Of a DNA stretch of 64,000 bases, positions 13,279 to 25,561 are shown in pieces. This DNA comes from Sarea resinae. Lineage: Eukaryota. Each line of letters opens with the position of its first letter. The first letter of the stretch is position 1. Below the pieces are notes generated by a model, which was given only the letters and a program-made list of their open reading frames with translations, did no database searches and was not told the origin of the DNA. Both the position numbers and the translations under genes were made by a program. The stretch lies in NCBI GenBank assembly GCA_026026165.1, contig JAPEUD010000074.1:1-64000 (forward strand). Reading direction: 5' to 3'.

Positions 13279-15018
13279 CTAGACCGTTTTCTTGGCGCCA
13301 GCGCTAGAGCTGGGGCCGGGGCTGGCAGTCGCTGTTCCGCGGAGGCGGCTGAGCTGGAACATGCGGTTGAAGACGATATCCTGTGCAAGGCGTTAGCCCA
13401 GCCATCATATGGATCGAATCTATTCCGTCTTTCCCCCAGGCCCCCGTTGGACTTGGGTTCATACGAAGGTTCAAGACAAGAAGGGGAGGAGGGGTGAGGG
13501 GGGGCAACAGCAACAGAAAGAGCAGAAAAAGAAAAAAAGAAAGAAAAAGAAAAAAGAACCACATACCATAGTACCCCTCGGCAACCACGTATCCACGAAC
13601 CAGACCAGGCCACTCATCTTGCCCTCCCAGATCCAGCCGCGGCCCTTCTCGCCAAAGATCCAGCAGCGGCGCAGGGCGGCGCCGAGGCGGCCCAGGCCCG
13701 GCACGCTGGCCAGCCAGCCCGGCGAGGTGGCGCCGAGGATCTGGCCGACGACGCTGCGGGCGTAGGCCGAGGACGGCATGGCGCCTTCTTGGCTGTGCGT
13801 CACGCGGCGCGCGTACGAGGCCGCGATCGGGTTGTAGAGGGATGTGGGCGGGAGCTCGCGCTCGACGCGGGCGATTTGCGATTTGACCCCGCCCGTTATG
13901 AGTGTGAGGACTTTGACGCTGGAGGGGGTTAGTGTATGGTGGTGGACTCGGAAAGGATGGGATGGTGTGTCGAAGGCGGGGGAGGGGTGAGTGGTGGAGG
14001 GGTTTCGAAGACGACGTACCCGAACGGCTCAAGTTCGACGCGGAGAGTGTTGCTATAGGAGTGAAGAGCGGCTTTAGAAGCGTTGTAGGCCGCTGTGAGC
14101 ATGTAGCAAGAGAGCATGTCAGTCATCAACCACTGTTCTCAATATAGCACTTGCCCCTCTGAAAAAAGTCGATGCTGAAGGGATGGGATAATCGAAAAGG
14201 GGCGTAGAAAAGGACTACGAAAAGACTCACAGCCGAAAACATACGGCATGATCCCTGCCAGCGAGCCAAGCTGCACAATCGTTCCCTGCGCCGCGATCAG
14301 GAGCGGGATGAACTCTTGGCACATGCGCATGACGGCGAAGAGATTGACTTCGAAGAGCTGCCGTACTTCAGCCATGTCGAGGTCAAGCGCCGGGACCGTG
14401 AAATCTGTCGATCATCCATGAGCTTTCATTGAACGCCAATGATTCAAGCTAGTAAATCCATCTTTGAAGAAGGATAACCGAGATGTGGGCGCCTTACTTC
14501 GTCCCCTGCATATCCACCCAGGATCAGCCAGAATTCCAGGTACCGAAACAAACATCACCCAGGATTCGGGCAGAGTAGCAAAGAAAAAAGCACCCCGCAG
14601 CACAACTCCATCAGAAACCCAGATTCAAGGATTCGGCGCAAAGCTTACGCATTATTGACCAGATAGTCCAGCTTCCCCCCGGTCAATTGCTCAACCTCCC
14701 TCCTGGCATTCCGGATACTCTCCTCCTTGTCAACCTCGAGACTCAGCGTCTCGATCCCCAGGGCCGAGAGATCGGACAACGAATCCTTTGAGCGAGCCGA
14801 GGCGATCACGCGGAGACCTCTAGAGTGGAATTCGCGCGCGAGAGAATTGCCTATGCCGGTGCCGCTGCATCTGTTTGTGAATCAGGCAGAGGAGGTCAGC
14901 TTGCTGGTTCTCTTTGGATCTGCTCTCTGATTCGTCTGGTTTTGCTTGGGCGTGATGGAGTTGAGAAGGTGTCGGCGACGTACCCAGTGATCAGGACTGT
15001 TCTCCTGGTATCCGCCAT
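13279..15018 (-). CDS. Short-chain dehydrogenase/reductase, Ayr1-like (1-acyl-DHAP reductase), 7 exons including an 8-nt micro-exon
   Basis: Spliced protein MADTRRTVLITGCSGTGIG...LDYLVNNAGRNFTVPALD...YNASKAALH (YxxxK)...ITGGVKS. The last exon 13279-13380 ends AKKTV-TAG. Confidence 0.88.
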
Positions 15019-15565
15019 ATTCGCTATCTATCTTCTTTGGCCAGGAATTGGGCCAGAAATTGGGCCAGAGAAAGGAACGAGCAATTGCTTCTTATGGAGG
15101 GTAGACACGCTTTGAAGCTTGGACGCTGGGATCAATGTAAACTGATTGGTACGCGGTAGGTCTGTTTAAGCACCGCGTGCCTCGGTATGCGGAGGTACTC
15201 CGGGTCAGGTACCTCGCTAGGATCTAATCTAATCTAGTCTGATCGTCTTCCCTCGTACTCTGCCCATGATCGACATTGCTTGACCCCGCCATGGTGCAAT
15301 AATAGGCCGAGCGCCCCCACGGAAGACCCACCCCGAACGCGTAGCCGCGGGCTTTCATGATCGAGGCCCCGTATGAGCTCATCAAAAACGGCACTGACTT
15401 GCTCCCTGGAATCTTAGTCGCCGTCTTTTCCTCAACCAAAAATGAAACAATGTGCCAAGCCCACCCACGTACACAGACCGAGAGCAGTAGTACGACGTCG
15501 AATATGACCATATCGATGCCCCACGGAGTAAGTGTTGCTCCCCTTCCGAAGCCAATAAAGTAGAA

Positions 15566-16328
15566 ATGATCAGACTTCCCCGTGCGGCCTCATCCCTCCC
15601 AACCCTGATCAACTTCAGCCGTCGAGGATTCAAATCCATCAATCCATCCGCAAATCGACCCGGGAAAATGGCAGAAACCCCCAACCAGCGCGACCTCGTC
15701 GCCTCAAACGCTGCCTATGCCGCCAACTTCAAAGACGGCGACCTGCCAACCCCTCCCTCAAAGAAATACTCTGTCGGTACGTGGATGCCAACACATGGAT
15801 GCATGACATATATGTACATATATCTATGCGTACACGAGTTTCTCTCTCTTGGAGAACCTTCCCTTGACCCTCGCCTCGCAAACACCCTGGAATGCTAATA
15901 GTGCAACGAGCACAGTGACATGCATGGACTCGCGCATCTTTCCCTCGGTCGCCTTCGGCATCCCCATAGGCTCGGCGCACATTATCCGCAACGCCGGCGG
16001 CTCGGCGTCCGAAGCCCTCCGAAGCATCCTGATCTCGCAGCACATGCTCGGCACCACCGAAGTCATAGTCATCAAGCACACGGGCTGCGGCATGTTGACC
16101 TTCAGCAACGCGGATGCCCGCGCCCAGATAGCCAAGGACTTGGGCGGTGACAACACATCAGTGAAGAAGTTAGATAATGTGGATTTCCTGCCTTTCACCG
16201 ATCTGGAAGAGGAGGTCAGGAAGGATGTCAGGTTTCTCAGAGAGAGCGAGTTGCTGGTGCATGGCGTTGTCGTTTCGGGCTGGATTTATGAGGTTGAGAC
16301 TGGAAAGGTGAAGAAGGTCGATGTATGA
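15566..16328 (+). CDS. Beta-class carbonic anhydrase (2 exons)
   Basis: Zinc-ligand motifs VTCMDSR and KHTGCG, plus IRNAGG and SGWIYEVETG. Intron runs GTACGT (15777) to CAG (15915). Confidence 0.93.
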
Positions 16329-16760
16329 GTGTGGATGGCAAAGGTGACGAGGTGGCTTCATCTTGAGGGATGGGGATACTCCTCTGGGATCGGCCTCGTC
16401 TGGGAATCGCCTGATGGGCTGGGTAGTACCTAGGTATGCAGGCTGCCTGTATAGGCCGCTCAAGGATAGATGACAATTACGAAAGTTTCAAAATCTCCCA
16501 AATATCCAAAAAAAGAACCACCATCAAAAAGCTCAGACTGCTCTTCGAAGCAGTCCTACGAAAACCCATCTGGGTTTATCTCATTAGAGATCCCGGCCAT
16601 CTCTAGAATCGAAAGGCTGCCTTCTTTTACTAAGACATTATGGTTGAATGTAACTGCATACTCCTCGTTTTCGTTTGACCTCTTCCATTTCCCCTCCTCC
16701 TCTTCCTCTCCTCGTCCTGCTCCTTTTCTCCTTTAATTCCTCCTGACGCTTTTTTCCTTC

Positions 16761-16866
16761 TTCCACTGCCGGGATTCGAACGCAACTGCTCTAGCCATTG
16801 CTCTAGAGCCCCATTCGCATTTGAAGCACGGCAGTAACCCCTGAGTACCGTTACACCAACATGGCC
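16761..16866 (-). other. tRNA-like / Pol III-box-containing hairpin (possible tRNA pseudogene or SINE relic)
   Basis: A-box-like TGGTGTAACGG (16848-16858) and B-box GTTCGAATCC (16772-16781), with several stems. Acceptor and T stems do not pair well and no T-run terminator follows. Confidence 0.3.
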
Positions 16867-17695
16867 TTTGTTGGAATGAATGGTGTTATCGTGGATGATA
16901 AAGGCCCAAACGATTCACCCGGCTACATGCCATTTCTCAGACGAGGCAGATGGCACCGAGTACCTTTCAACATGGCCTTTCTGGTTGGAATGAATGATAT
17001 CGTTGATCACATTGGGCCGAGTTGGGCTTTTCACTCAATTGCAGTGGAAATAACTTGCTACTTGTACTTGGGATGGGTCATTTTCTCACTGCCCATGCCT
17101 GAATCATCATCATAGTCTTTCAATCGCTATGACCAACGTTACTATAGCTCACAACACCATCACAACAGTCTCTTCAGAGTGGTGTAAAAGGTATCAGCAA
17201 CCTCCGTTTCTAGAGCTAAATCGAAGCCAACGGAATTCTCTCGCAACCTTACGCCCGCTATAGATGATCGAACATGTGTTCCACAGTCCTCGTGCCAGTG
17301 ACTATGCTAGCTAGAAATGCGGACATGTGCGAGAATGAGAAAAGAGGTTGAAAGACAGAAGCGAATACCGCTAAGCTTAGCATTTCTGCCAGTGATATCC
17401 ATCCCAGATGTGTATATCGTGTATAAGATCTGTCAGTTAGGCCAATGGTATCGTTCATATATCCATCCTAGTTCATCCAGACACCAATTCTTTCACCTAC
17501 CCATCCGCCCACCCGTCCGTCCCGATGCGCCTGCCCAACGCTCATTTGATACCCAGAGACACAAAGTATGAAAAGAAGCGAAAAGAGTGAAGGAAGCAAA
17601 GAAGAAATATGGAGATATATGTCCCGCGATGATGCTCAGCCTCATTTGAATCAGCTCTCTCGACGATGATCGGACGAGGCATGTGCTCTTTCTGC

Positions 17696-19581
17696 TTAAT
17701 CAGTAGCAGGATGAGCAGTGCTTGTATGCTGAACATCTTCCGCCTGTAAAGCAGGGCCTGGGGTGTTCGATGCCTCATCCCCACAAGCACGAGCCGCAAT
17801 TTCTTCCTGGTCGGCCGCCGCGGTGCTCGGGCCCGAAGTTGAAGCTCCAGCTCGTCCACCCATGAGCCGAGTTCGCAATCTGCCACCAAAACGATCCCTC
17901 CAATTCACGCGTTCACCGGCACGTGTGGCTTCCTCGAGGCCCCGGTTATGCTCGCGCAGAGTGCGTAAGGCTGCAACACGCTCTTCAGGAGTGGCGTCCC
18001 GCATTCGGTGGACGTTGAGCGTATTCTGCAGAAATGTACTAATGGCATGGCGGGATCGGCGACGGCTGTCAGCTGTGCTGTGGTCGAGTGATAGCGGCGG
18101 GGCGAAAAAGTTACGCCCTTGATTCGCAGGAGTGTTATTATCGTCGTTGTTTTCATCGTTAGAAGTGTTTGAGATGGTTGGGTGGAGGTCGACACGGCTG
18201 CAAGATCACGTCAGTGAGGCTGGATGGGATATTATAGCAGGCTATTGAATGCTTACCATAAGGGACATGTTCCCGAAACGTTGAGCAGCCACGGATCAAT
18301 GCATTCGGGGTGGAACATGTGCTTGCAGGGTAGGACACGGATGTCTTGACCCTTGATGAAATCGTCCGTACAGATCGAGCAGACGAGACCTTCATCTGGC
18401 GATGTTTGCGTCTCGGTATGCTCTGCTGCAGGAGACGCTTCTCCAGACCCACCAGACGTTGTTGCGTGTCCATCTTTAGTCCCTTCCACCTCTCCGCCCT
18501 CGGTTGCGTGGCGATCTTGTGACACTCCTGCTGCTTCCACTGGTGCCCGTCCTTCAATGACTTCAGCCCCCTGATCAGCATCTCTTGCTGCTTCCGAAGA
18601 TCCGAGTTCGACATCTGCAGCACGACTTTTGTCCTCTTCCCGCTCCCCGAATTTGACAATCGGTAATGTCTCAAGCATAGCTCTTGCGATCCCCCTCGCC
18701 CTACTCTGTCTCGGCCTTCCCCGAACATTCCTTGGTCCATATCTCTCTGGATGACGGTGGGCCCTGACCGCGCCCGTTACGATGATGGTCAGGAAGGTAG
18801 CCGTGATCACTCCGGTGATGCTGTAAAGAATGATCATGGCGACGGCCGTCGTCGGCGCTCCGCTCGACGAGGTTGAAGAATAGCCTGAGCTCGTACTGTT
18901 TTCGGCCTGCTTATCCGCAGTCGTATTCCACAGGACGACTGCTGCCATGACGGCATCCCCGGCGTTCAAGAGAGTTGACTGTAGCTGACTCGAGTCGTCC
19001 GGCCGAGTCATGGAATACAATGAAGTGTAGTTAAAACTCGAACCACTGGAGAAACGACAATTGGCGGAATAATCGCTGTACAACACGATGGCTGGTGGGT
19101 CCTTGCTCGCAGCAGAATCCAAAACACTCGCAGCGGGGATATAGCCCGCATAAGTGGCATTATCACAGCTCATAAACGCGATCTGCGAGGAAGCAAGGTC
19201 GACGACCGTTGTGGCATCGGTTAGCGTGAGATCCCCGCTGAGTCGAAGTCCCTAGTGAAGTGAGCCATGCCAGCCGCGCATCCATCCGCCCCCAAGAGAC
19301 GTCAATGGGAGACATACCTCTAGAGTTGACACGGATTGAGCATACCCGGCGGCTGATGTCAAGGGCTGGAGGAAGAAGGTCTGTAGGGCGTTATCGTTCA
19401 TACGGACTTTCAATACCAACTGGGTGTCGGGAGACGGTTGGAAGAATGCTGTGTCGTTGGCGGGCGTGATAGTCTGGGCCGAGACGATGGCAACCTGCAC
19501 CAGCAGCAGGAAGGCCAGACATGTTGGCGACAGGAACGAACCTATTCTTAGATGCGCCATGCTGGCGGTCTTGATGACCAT
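17696..19581 (-). CDS. Membrane-anchored RING-H2 E3 ubiquitin ligase (signal peptide, PA-like luminal domain, TM, RING), 3 exons
   Basis: Signal peptide, IAFMSCD and AIVLYS luminal motifs, TM AMIILYSITGVITATFL, and RING CSICTDDF...[27 protein letters not shown]. The start could alternatively be 19560. Confidence 0.9.
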
Positions 19582-19674
19582 TGTGGATTGAGCTTGACCA
19601 TCGAAGGTGTCTGCCGTTTCCGCTCTCACTTCTCCGGTCTGGCTCTGACCTCTGTACCTGTCTTGGGGAGGAGA

Positions 19675-19814
19675 GGAGGAGGAGGAGGAGGAGGAGGAGG
19701 AGGAGTTTAGAGGGTCGAGGGTCGAGGGTCGAGGGTCGAGGGTCGAGGATCGAGGTTAGAGGATGGAGGATCGAGGTTAGAGGATGGAGGATCGAGGTTA
19801 GAGGGTAGAGGTTA
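19675..19814. repeat. (GAG)n tract followed by 16 heptamer units (GAGGNTN-type) forming a 21-bp higher-order repeat
   Basis: Read directly: GAGTTTA, GAGGGTC x5, then (GAGGATC GAGGTTA GAGGATG) x2 plus variant units. Confidence 0.95.
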
Positions 19815-20904
19815 GAGAGGATCGAAACTTGGAGGAGGCTAGAGTGGGTATGATAAGGCATAAGCGGGCGTGCGGGCGGCTCGAGGCGGACTGGGGAGAC
19901 AGACGGGCGAGTCAATTGAGTGAGGTACCTTGGGCTGTGGGGGGACACGGTACAGTGCCAAGGATCTTCGCGCGGGAGGGTACATCCTTTCGGGTAGGTA
20001 AAGGTACCGACCTTACTCTAGAGTAGTGGTAAGTGGTGAATGGAGTGGAGTGGCAGTGAGACGTGGTGAGATCACCAAGGTACGGAGTAGCTGTGTACGC
20101 AGTATGGTACTATGGAGTACTACGAAGTACAAAGTACAGCATCTGGCACGGAAAGGTACAGGCACGGGCACGGGCATACTAGTAGCGACCTCAGGAAAGG
20201 TAGTAAGGTACGGTACATAGTAGGCAGGCAGGCACAGGCACGGGCACATGTTCGAGCGTCGTGCAATTGGAATGAATGAGGTGGATGAATCCAATGGGTC
20301 GGACAGCATAAGAGGGAGTAGAAGTACGTACTATGTAGGTAGAGGCCGAAGGGCTTTGCCCATACCGTAAGGGGTGCGACAGTGCTGAGTAAACACCAAG
20401 GTAGACCGTATTAATAATCAATGGCCCTCTCCAGGAGAGCGCTGCTGACAAATCTGGCCATTGCGGGTCTCGATTACCCTCGATGACTGCGATGACTGCG
20501 ATGACTGCGCTACTCCGTACAGTCCAGTATCCCGTCGCTGCTCCCTCCGATGGCGACGAGCAAGTCACCCGCCGCGTGGGCGAAAGTCGAGCATCGTGGG
20601 CACGCTCGCTGGTGGATCATGGCCTTCTTGTAATCATCATCATTGTAAAACAAATCGATCCTATCCGCTGGCTTGGATCGAAACCTCCGTAATCGACCTT
20701 GATCTACCATTTTGCTTCGTTCGTACTTTGTACTCCACCAGGGTCCATCATCACCGCAATTCGCCATTTCGCATCCTCGCATCCTCGCATCCTCGCATTT
20801 CGCAAGTCCGTGAGACGTCATCTATCCGGAAGGTCGATTCCACAAATACGGGCAGCAGAATCGCGACCCGACTCGGTTCATCGCCTACCTCTCATGTCGA
20901 CAGC

Positions 20905-22535
20905 ATGTCGTCGCCACCTTCAGGAGGATCCGAGGCCATGAAACGGCCACGCCCATCCCTGACAGACGACGAGCCCGAGACCAAACGGCATAAATCGGTC
21001 CTCTTCGTGAAGAAGCGTCAGATTCATGACCGTCCAGACTCGAGAGTATGCAATGCCATGTCATGTCGTCGTTGGGACGCATTCAGCAGCTAATTGAATG
21101 CCGTTTCAATAGGACCTCGCGCCCGTATGTTCAAGGTACCAGCAGGCCGAGGCAACAGGACAAATGTCCTACGATAGGAATCTAGAGGGCGCCGCTGGAG
21201 ATTCTTCGGTGGCATCCGAGTCCCGACGGGAAAGCGCTCTAAACGAAACCAGCATGGCACGGATTCCCACAGGACACGAAAATTCAAAATCACTGGAAGG
21301 GAACAAGCCTCGTTGGCGTGGTATGTTATATTTACTCATCGCTGCAGGAGATAGCATTTGCTGCTACCGTGCCTTGGGCATTATGATGCAAACACTGACC
21401 TGTGTATGATGTTGTAGTTGGCGATCCTCACGAAGAAGTCTGCTTCAGCTGCAAAGGAGGTGGACGTTTGATTGGATGTGTGACCTGTCCGCGTTCCTAC
21501 CATCCCGGATGCCTCACTCCTCCACTTTCACCTCAACATCAGCCAGACTCGTGGTACTGCGAAGTTTGCATGGACAACCATGATCAACCTCCCGCATGCT
21601 CTCCGCTTCCATCTCCGGTAACATCGCCTCAGCCTCGTTCTGCCAGCTTGAAGGGCGCCTCTGGACCGGAGCATGCTCATAAACCGGCGCAGTCTTTGGT
21701 TGATGCGTCACATCACGTCAACGACCCTCCTGCATGTACGAACACCATAGCTCACCGTGTCAGTTCTCAAGATTATGGGCGCAGAAATGGAGATAGCAGC
21801 TCTCAGGGACGGCTTCAGCCGAGTATAGGTGCTCGTGGAGAGGCTGAAGAATTTACACGTGTTGGGGACAGAGGTCGCACAGCATTTCAAGATCGCATGC
21901 GCGAGGCTCCTGCCACTGGACCCAAGCCAGCTAGCGGAAAGAGGAGTCACGAAGCTCTCAATCAACATGAGAGTCCAGCAAGCCCTCGCCCGACCTCGTC
22001 ATCTAATCGTTCACTCAACGCGAAAGAAAAGCCATTACGATCGTCTCAGTCGGCGAATGCACGAGTTTCTGGAAAGCCTGCCACGCCTGCCTATTCGGAA
22101 GATGCTGCAAGTGAAACAAGAGAACCCTCAATCACCTTTGATCCATGCCCATCAAGAAGGTCCAGATATTCGACACTACCGGATGAAGTTGAAGGCGCAC
22201 TATCAGTCATCTACCGCGAGCTCGAATCTGGAGCTCAATGGCAGGGACTCTCGAAAGATCTATCTAGTAAGGTGCAGATTCTAGACCAACAACTCAAGAT
22301 ATCAGACGGTAGGCTTGTTTTGGCCCGTCAAGAGCTCGAAAGTCGTCAGAGTTCCGAGGTGGTGTTGCTCAGAAGAGACTTAGCTGCCAAGCAAGCGGAA
22401 ATAGAGGCCTTGGATGAGCAAAATAGGAAGCTCAGGAGTGAGCTGGATAACATCAAAGCTCAAGCGAAGAGCAAGGACGAAGAGATGGACAAATGGAGGA
22501 GTAGGCTCAGGATGATGATTGATGGCCCTTCATAG
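20905..22535 (+). CDS. PHD-finger protein with disordered middle and C-terminal coiled coil (3 exons)
   Basis: C4HC3 PHD: CFSCKGGGRLIGCVTCPRSYHPGCL...WYCEVC. Basic NLS-like KRPRP/KRHK; heptad-rich C-terminus. Introns at about 21046-21111 and 21321-21417. Confidence 0.8.
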
Positions 22536-23743
22536 CCTGCGAAAGATTCAAGATACCCTGATGGTTTGGACGGACAAAGTTACGCTTTCCTTTCGCATAC
22601 GGGGCGTTGCGTGCTTAGGGTCAGCATCTCTGTGACATTCACTTTAGGTATGGAAGAGCATGAGCTGAGCGATCACACTTTCATAGAATCCATCGAATAC
22701 TTGGATCCCAAATAGAATCATTCATCAACACCGCAGTCTGCAGCACGAACGACGCATCGGCAAGGTTTTGCAATCACCCGCATCTCGTTTGCATAATGTG
22801 GGAAGACTAGACAAATTTGATAGCGACGAGTCTACGGTCAGAGCGGGCGCTCTCTCCTGTGATGTTTTTGGAAGCGAATCAAGCTGGACCTTGAGGGGCT
22901 TCTTCGATGTAAAGGGGTAGCTGAGGAGTATGGGTCACTCAAGCCGAAGTGCGCTACTCATTCACAGTAATCAAATATAATCAATACCTCGGCCTTTAAG
23001 TGGGCTCAGCGGGCAATACAATGAGATGGCAGAAAACGAGGAGATTGAGGTTTACTGATTACTGATCTCCGCAGATTCGCTTAAAGCTGGCTTTAAGCTT
23101 TCCAGTGCAGCCTCTCACCCCGCGTGGTCTACGGGAGCATAACCTCTAATGGAGGCATTTAGACGCACGTCTGTCATAGCGCTGCTATCTCTAGCTGCTC
23201 GGTTGTCTGCTAACAATACATTCATGCTGTCATGTCCTCTTTTGAGGATGCGCCTAGTCCCCACTGTCCTGATGGACCGGATTTGGTTCGCCAGGATCAT
23301 TGCATTTGCTTTGGATCATCCTCGACTTTCTTCTTGCCTGAACCATATTTGAACCCTCGGCACTTGAACATATTAAATGATTACCTGTTGGCTGCAGTAT
23401 TCGAGCGGCGCTTGGGGAACTATGGTTTGATAGGGCGCAAGTCCCGTCTTCGCTCGACGCGTCTTCAAGCACACCTTCATCACTCTACTGCGCGTGCACT
23501 TTCAGATTTAGGATGATCAATTGCTCGCGTCTCTAGATGATCCTCACGCAAGGAACATGTCGTGCTCGGACTCAGACTGACGGTGTTGCTGAGACCGAGA
23601 TTCCGACCAAGGATGGTTGCGCTTCTTGAAGTTGCCAGCGTTTGAACTGACCTACCCGCACATCATCGCAAGCTCTCTTGTCTAAATTGGCTGCAGTCAT
23701 CGAGACGAAGCTCACGGACTTTGAATAGTCATAATCGTCAACC

Positions 23744-25561
23744 ATGTCATTCGAGACCATGGACGTGGAAAAGGAGGCAGTTCAGGAAGATGACGAACTT
23801 CAAACAGAGCCTCAAGCCACGGAAGGGAAATCACTCGAAAATGAATACGCGGGTAGCCCTGAAAACCCTCGCAATTGGGGCAGAGGCAAGAAAGTATATC
23901 ACGTCGGAATTGTTGCATCATATGGCTTTGTAGTGTAAGGATCTCTCTTACCAGTCTTTATGGCCTACCTCAAATTCCTCTCGATTGAGAAATGACAATG
24001 CATGGTTGAATATCTAGCACCTTTGCGACCTCAGTGTACACGCCGGGCATCACGTCCGTGATGGCCCGCTTCCATGTCTCCGAAACGGTTGGTCTCTTCG
24101 GTCTCTGTTTCTATACCTTAGGTCTAGGCTGCGGTCCAATAATCGCAGCCCCCCTTAGTGAAACGTACGGCCGCTCAATCGTATATCGTGTCAGTCTGCC
24201 TATCTTCGCTTTGTTCATACTTGGCTCCGGCCTGGCGCAAAATTGCACAACTCTGGTTGTGTGTCGATTTATGGCGGGTGTTTTTGGAGGGCCGGCACTC
24301 AGTGTTGGTGGCGGCACTATTGCAGATATTTGGCCTAGGTCTCTGAGAGCGCCAGCCACTAATTTCTACGCGCTGGCTCCATTTCTGGGTCCTGCGATTG
24401 GTATGTGCTATGTCCCTCCCGTCGACCATCACAAGCAGTCGCTCATTCTTCTCCTTTTTCTTTATCCACAGGTCCGGTGATAGGTGGATATGTCGCAGCC
24501 TCCAAAGGCTGGCGCTGGACCCAATGGGCGATCATCTTCTTCGCCATAGCCACCTTCCTCTTTTCCTTGTTCATCGCGGAAACATCCAAGAAAATTCTCC
24601 TCCGTCGACACGCCGCGCGTCTCGGTCTCAAGGCAGACACAACGCCCAAACCCAAGGCGTCAGTAAAGACACTCCTGATTGTCACGTTGGGCAGGCCCTG
24701 CACAATGCTCGCCACGGAACCCATCGTCACTTTCTTATCCGCTTACGTCGGATTCAACTTCGCAGTGCTGTTCTCTTTTTTCGCCGCCTTTCGGCTCATC
24801 TTCGGCCGCGTGTATGGCTTTGACACGGGACAGATCGGTCTTGTTTTCCTTGCCATCGGTCTCGGCTGCCTCCTTGGGACCGCCACAGGGCTTCTGCTGG
24901 ATAGATTAGTGTACCAGAAGCACGCTGGCAGGGCCAAGCACAGAGAGGCCGTATCAGCAGAGCACCGACTGCACGGTGCAATGATGGGAGCCTTCGGGCT
25001 GCCAATTGGGCTTTTCTGGCTCGCGTGGACCGCACGCAGGGACGTCCACTGGGCGAGTCCGGTGTTCGCGGCCGTGCCATTCGCGTGGGGGAATCTCACC
25101 ATCTTCATGAGCGCGGTCTTGTATCTCGTGGACATGTATGGCGACTTGTACGGCGCTTCCGCGTTGGCTGCTATCGGCTTCGTGCGGTATCTGCTCGCTT
25201 TCGCATTCCCGCTTTTCACTATTCAAAGTACGTTGAGTCTTCCCTCTTTTCCCTCTTGTCCCTCTTGTCCCTCTTTTCCCTCTTTTCCCTCTTTTCCCTC
25301 TTGTCCCTCTTTTCCCTCTTGTCCCTCTTTTCCCTCTTGTCCCTCCTTCGCCTTTACCACCACCCCTTTTCCACCCCACGCAGCATCATCACCCAGTACA
25401 GCACAACTGACAAGGCAAAAGTGTATGACCGCCTTGGCATCGCCTGGGCCACCAGCTTATTAGGTTTCATTTCGCTGCTCCTGCTACCAATACCCTGGGT
25501 GCTGTATAAACACGGCCCACGCATACGGGCTAGGAGCGCGTATCAGAACGTTGAGAGCTGA
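23744..25561 (+). CDS. MFS drug:H+ antiporter (DHA1 family), 4 exons
   Basis: PENPRNW, APLSETYGR, GGGTIADIW, GWRWTQW, EPIV, AEHRL and FPLFTIQMYDRLG motifs. Confidence 0.93.
25242..25340. repeat. Intronic 9-bp minisatellite CCCTCTT(T/G)T x11
   Basis: Directly visible inside MFS intron 25228-25421. Confidence 0.95.

Noticed and set aside
15808..15823. 16-bp perfect palindrome in the carbonic anhydrase intron
   Set aside because: It is composed of AT dinucleotide microsatellite, so self-complementarity is trivial.
16761..16866. Functional selenocysteine or opal-suppressor tRNA (CTTCAAA loop plus long variable-arm-like stem)
   Set aside because: Anticodon, T and acceptor stems do not pair adequately, and Sec machinery is not known from Pezizomycotina. 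Kept only as a tRNA-like relic.
19391..19948. 185-aa ORF with LHPLTSI/poly-L repeats
   Set aside because: It is an artefact of the GAG and heptamer tandem repeats.
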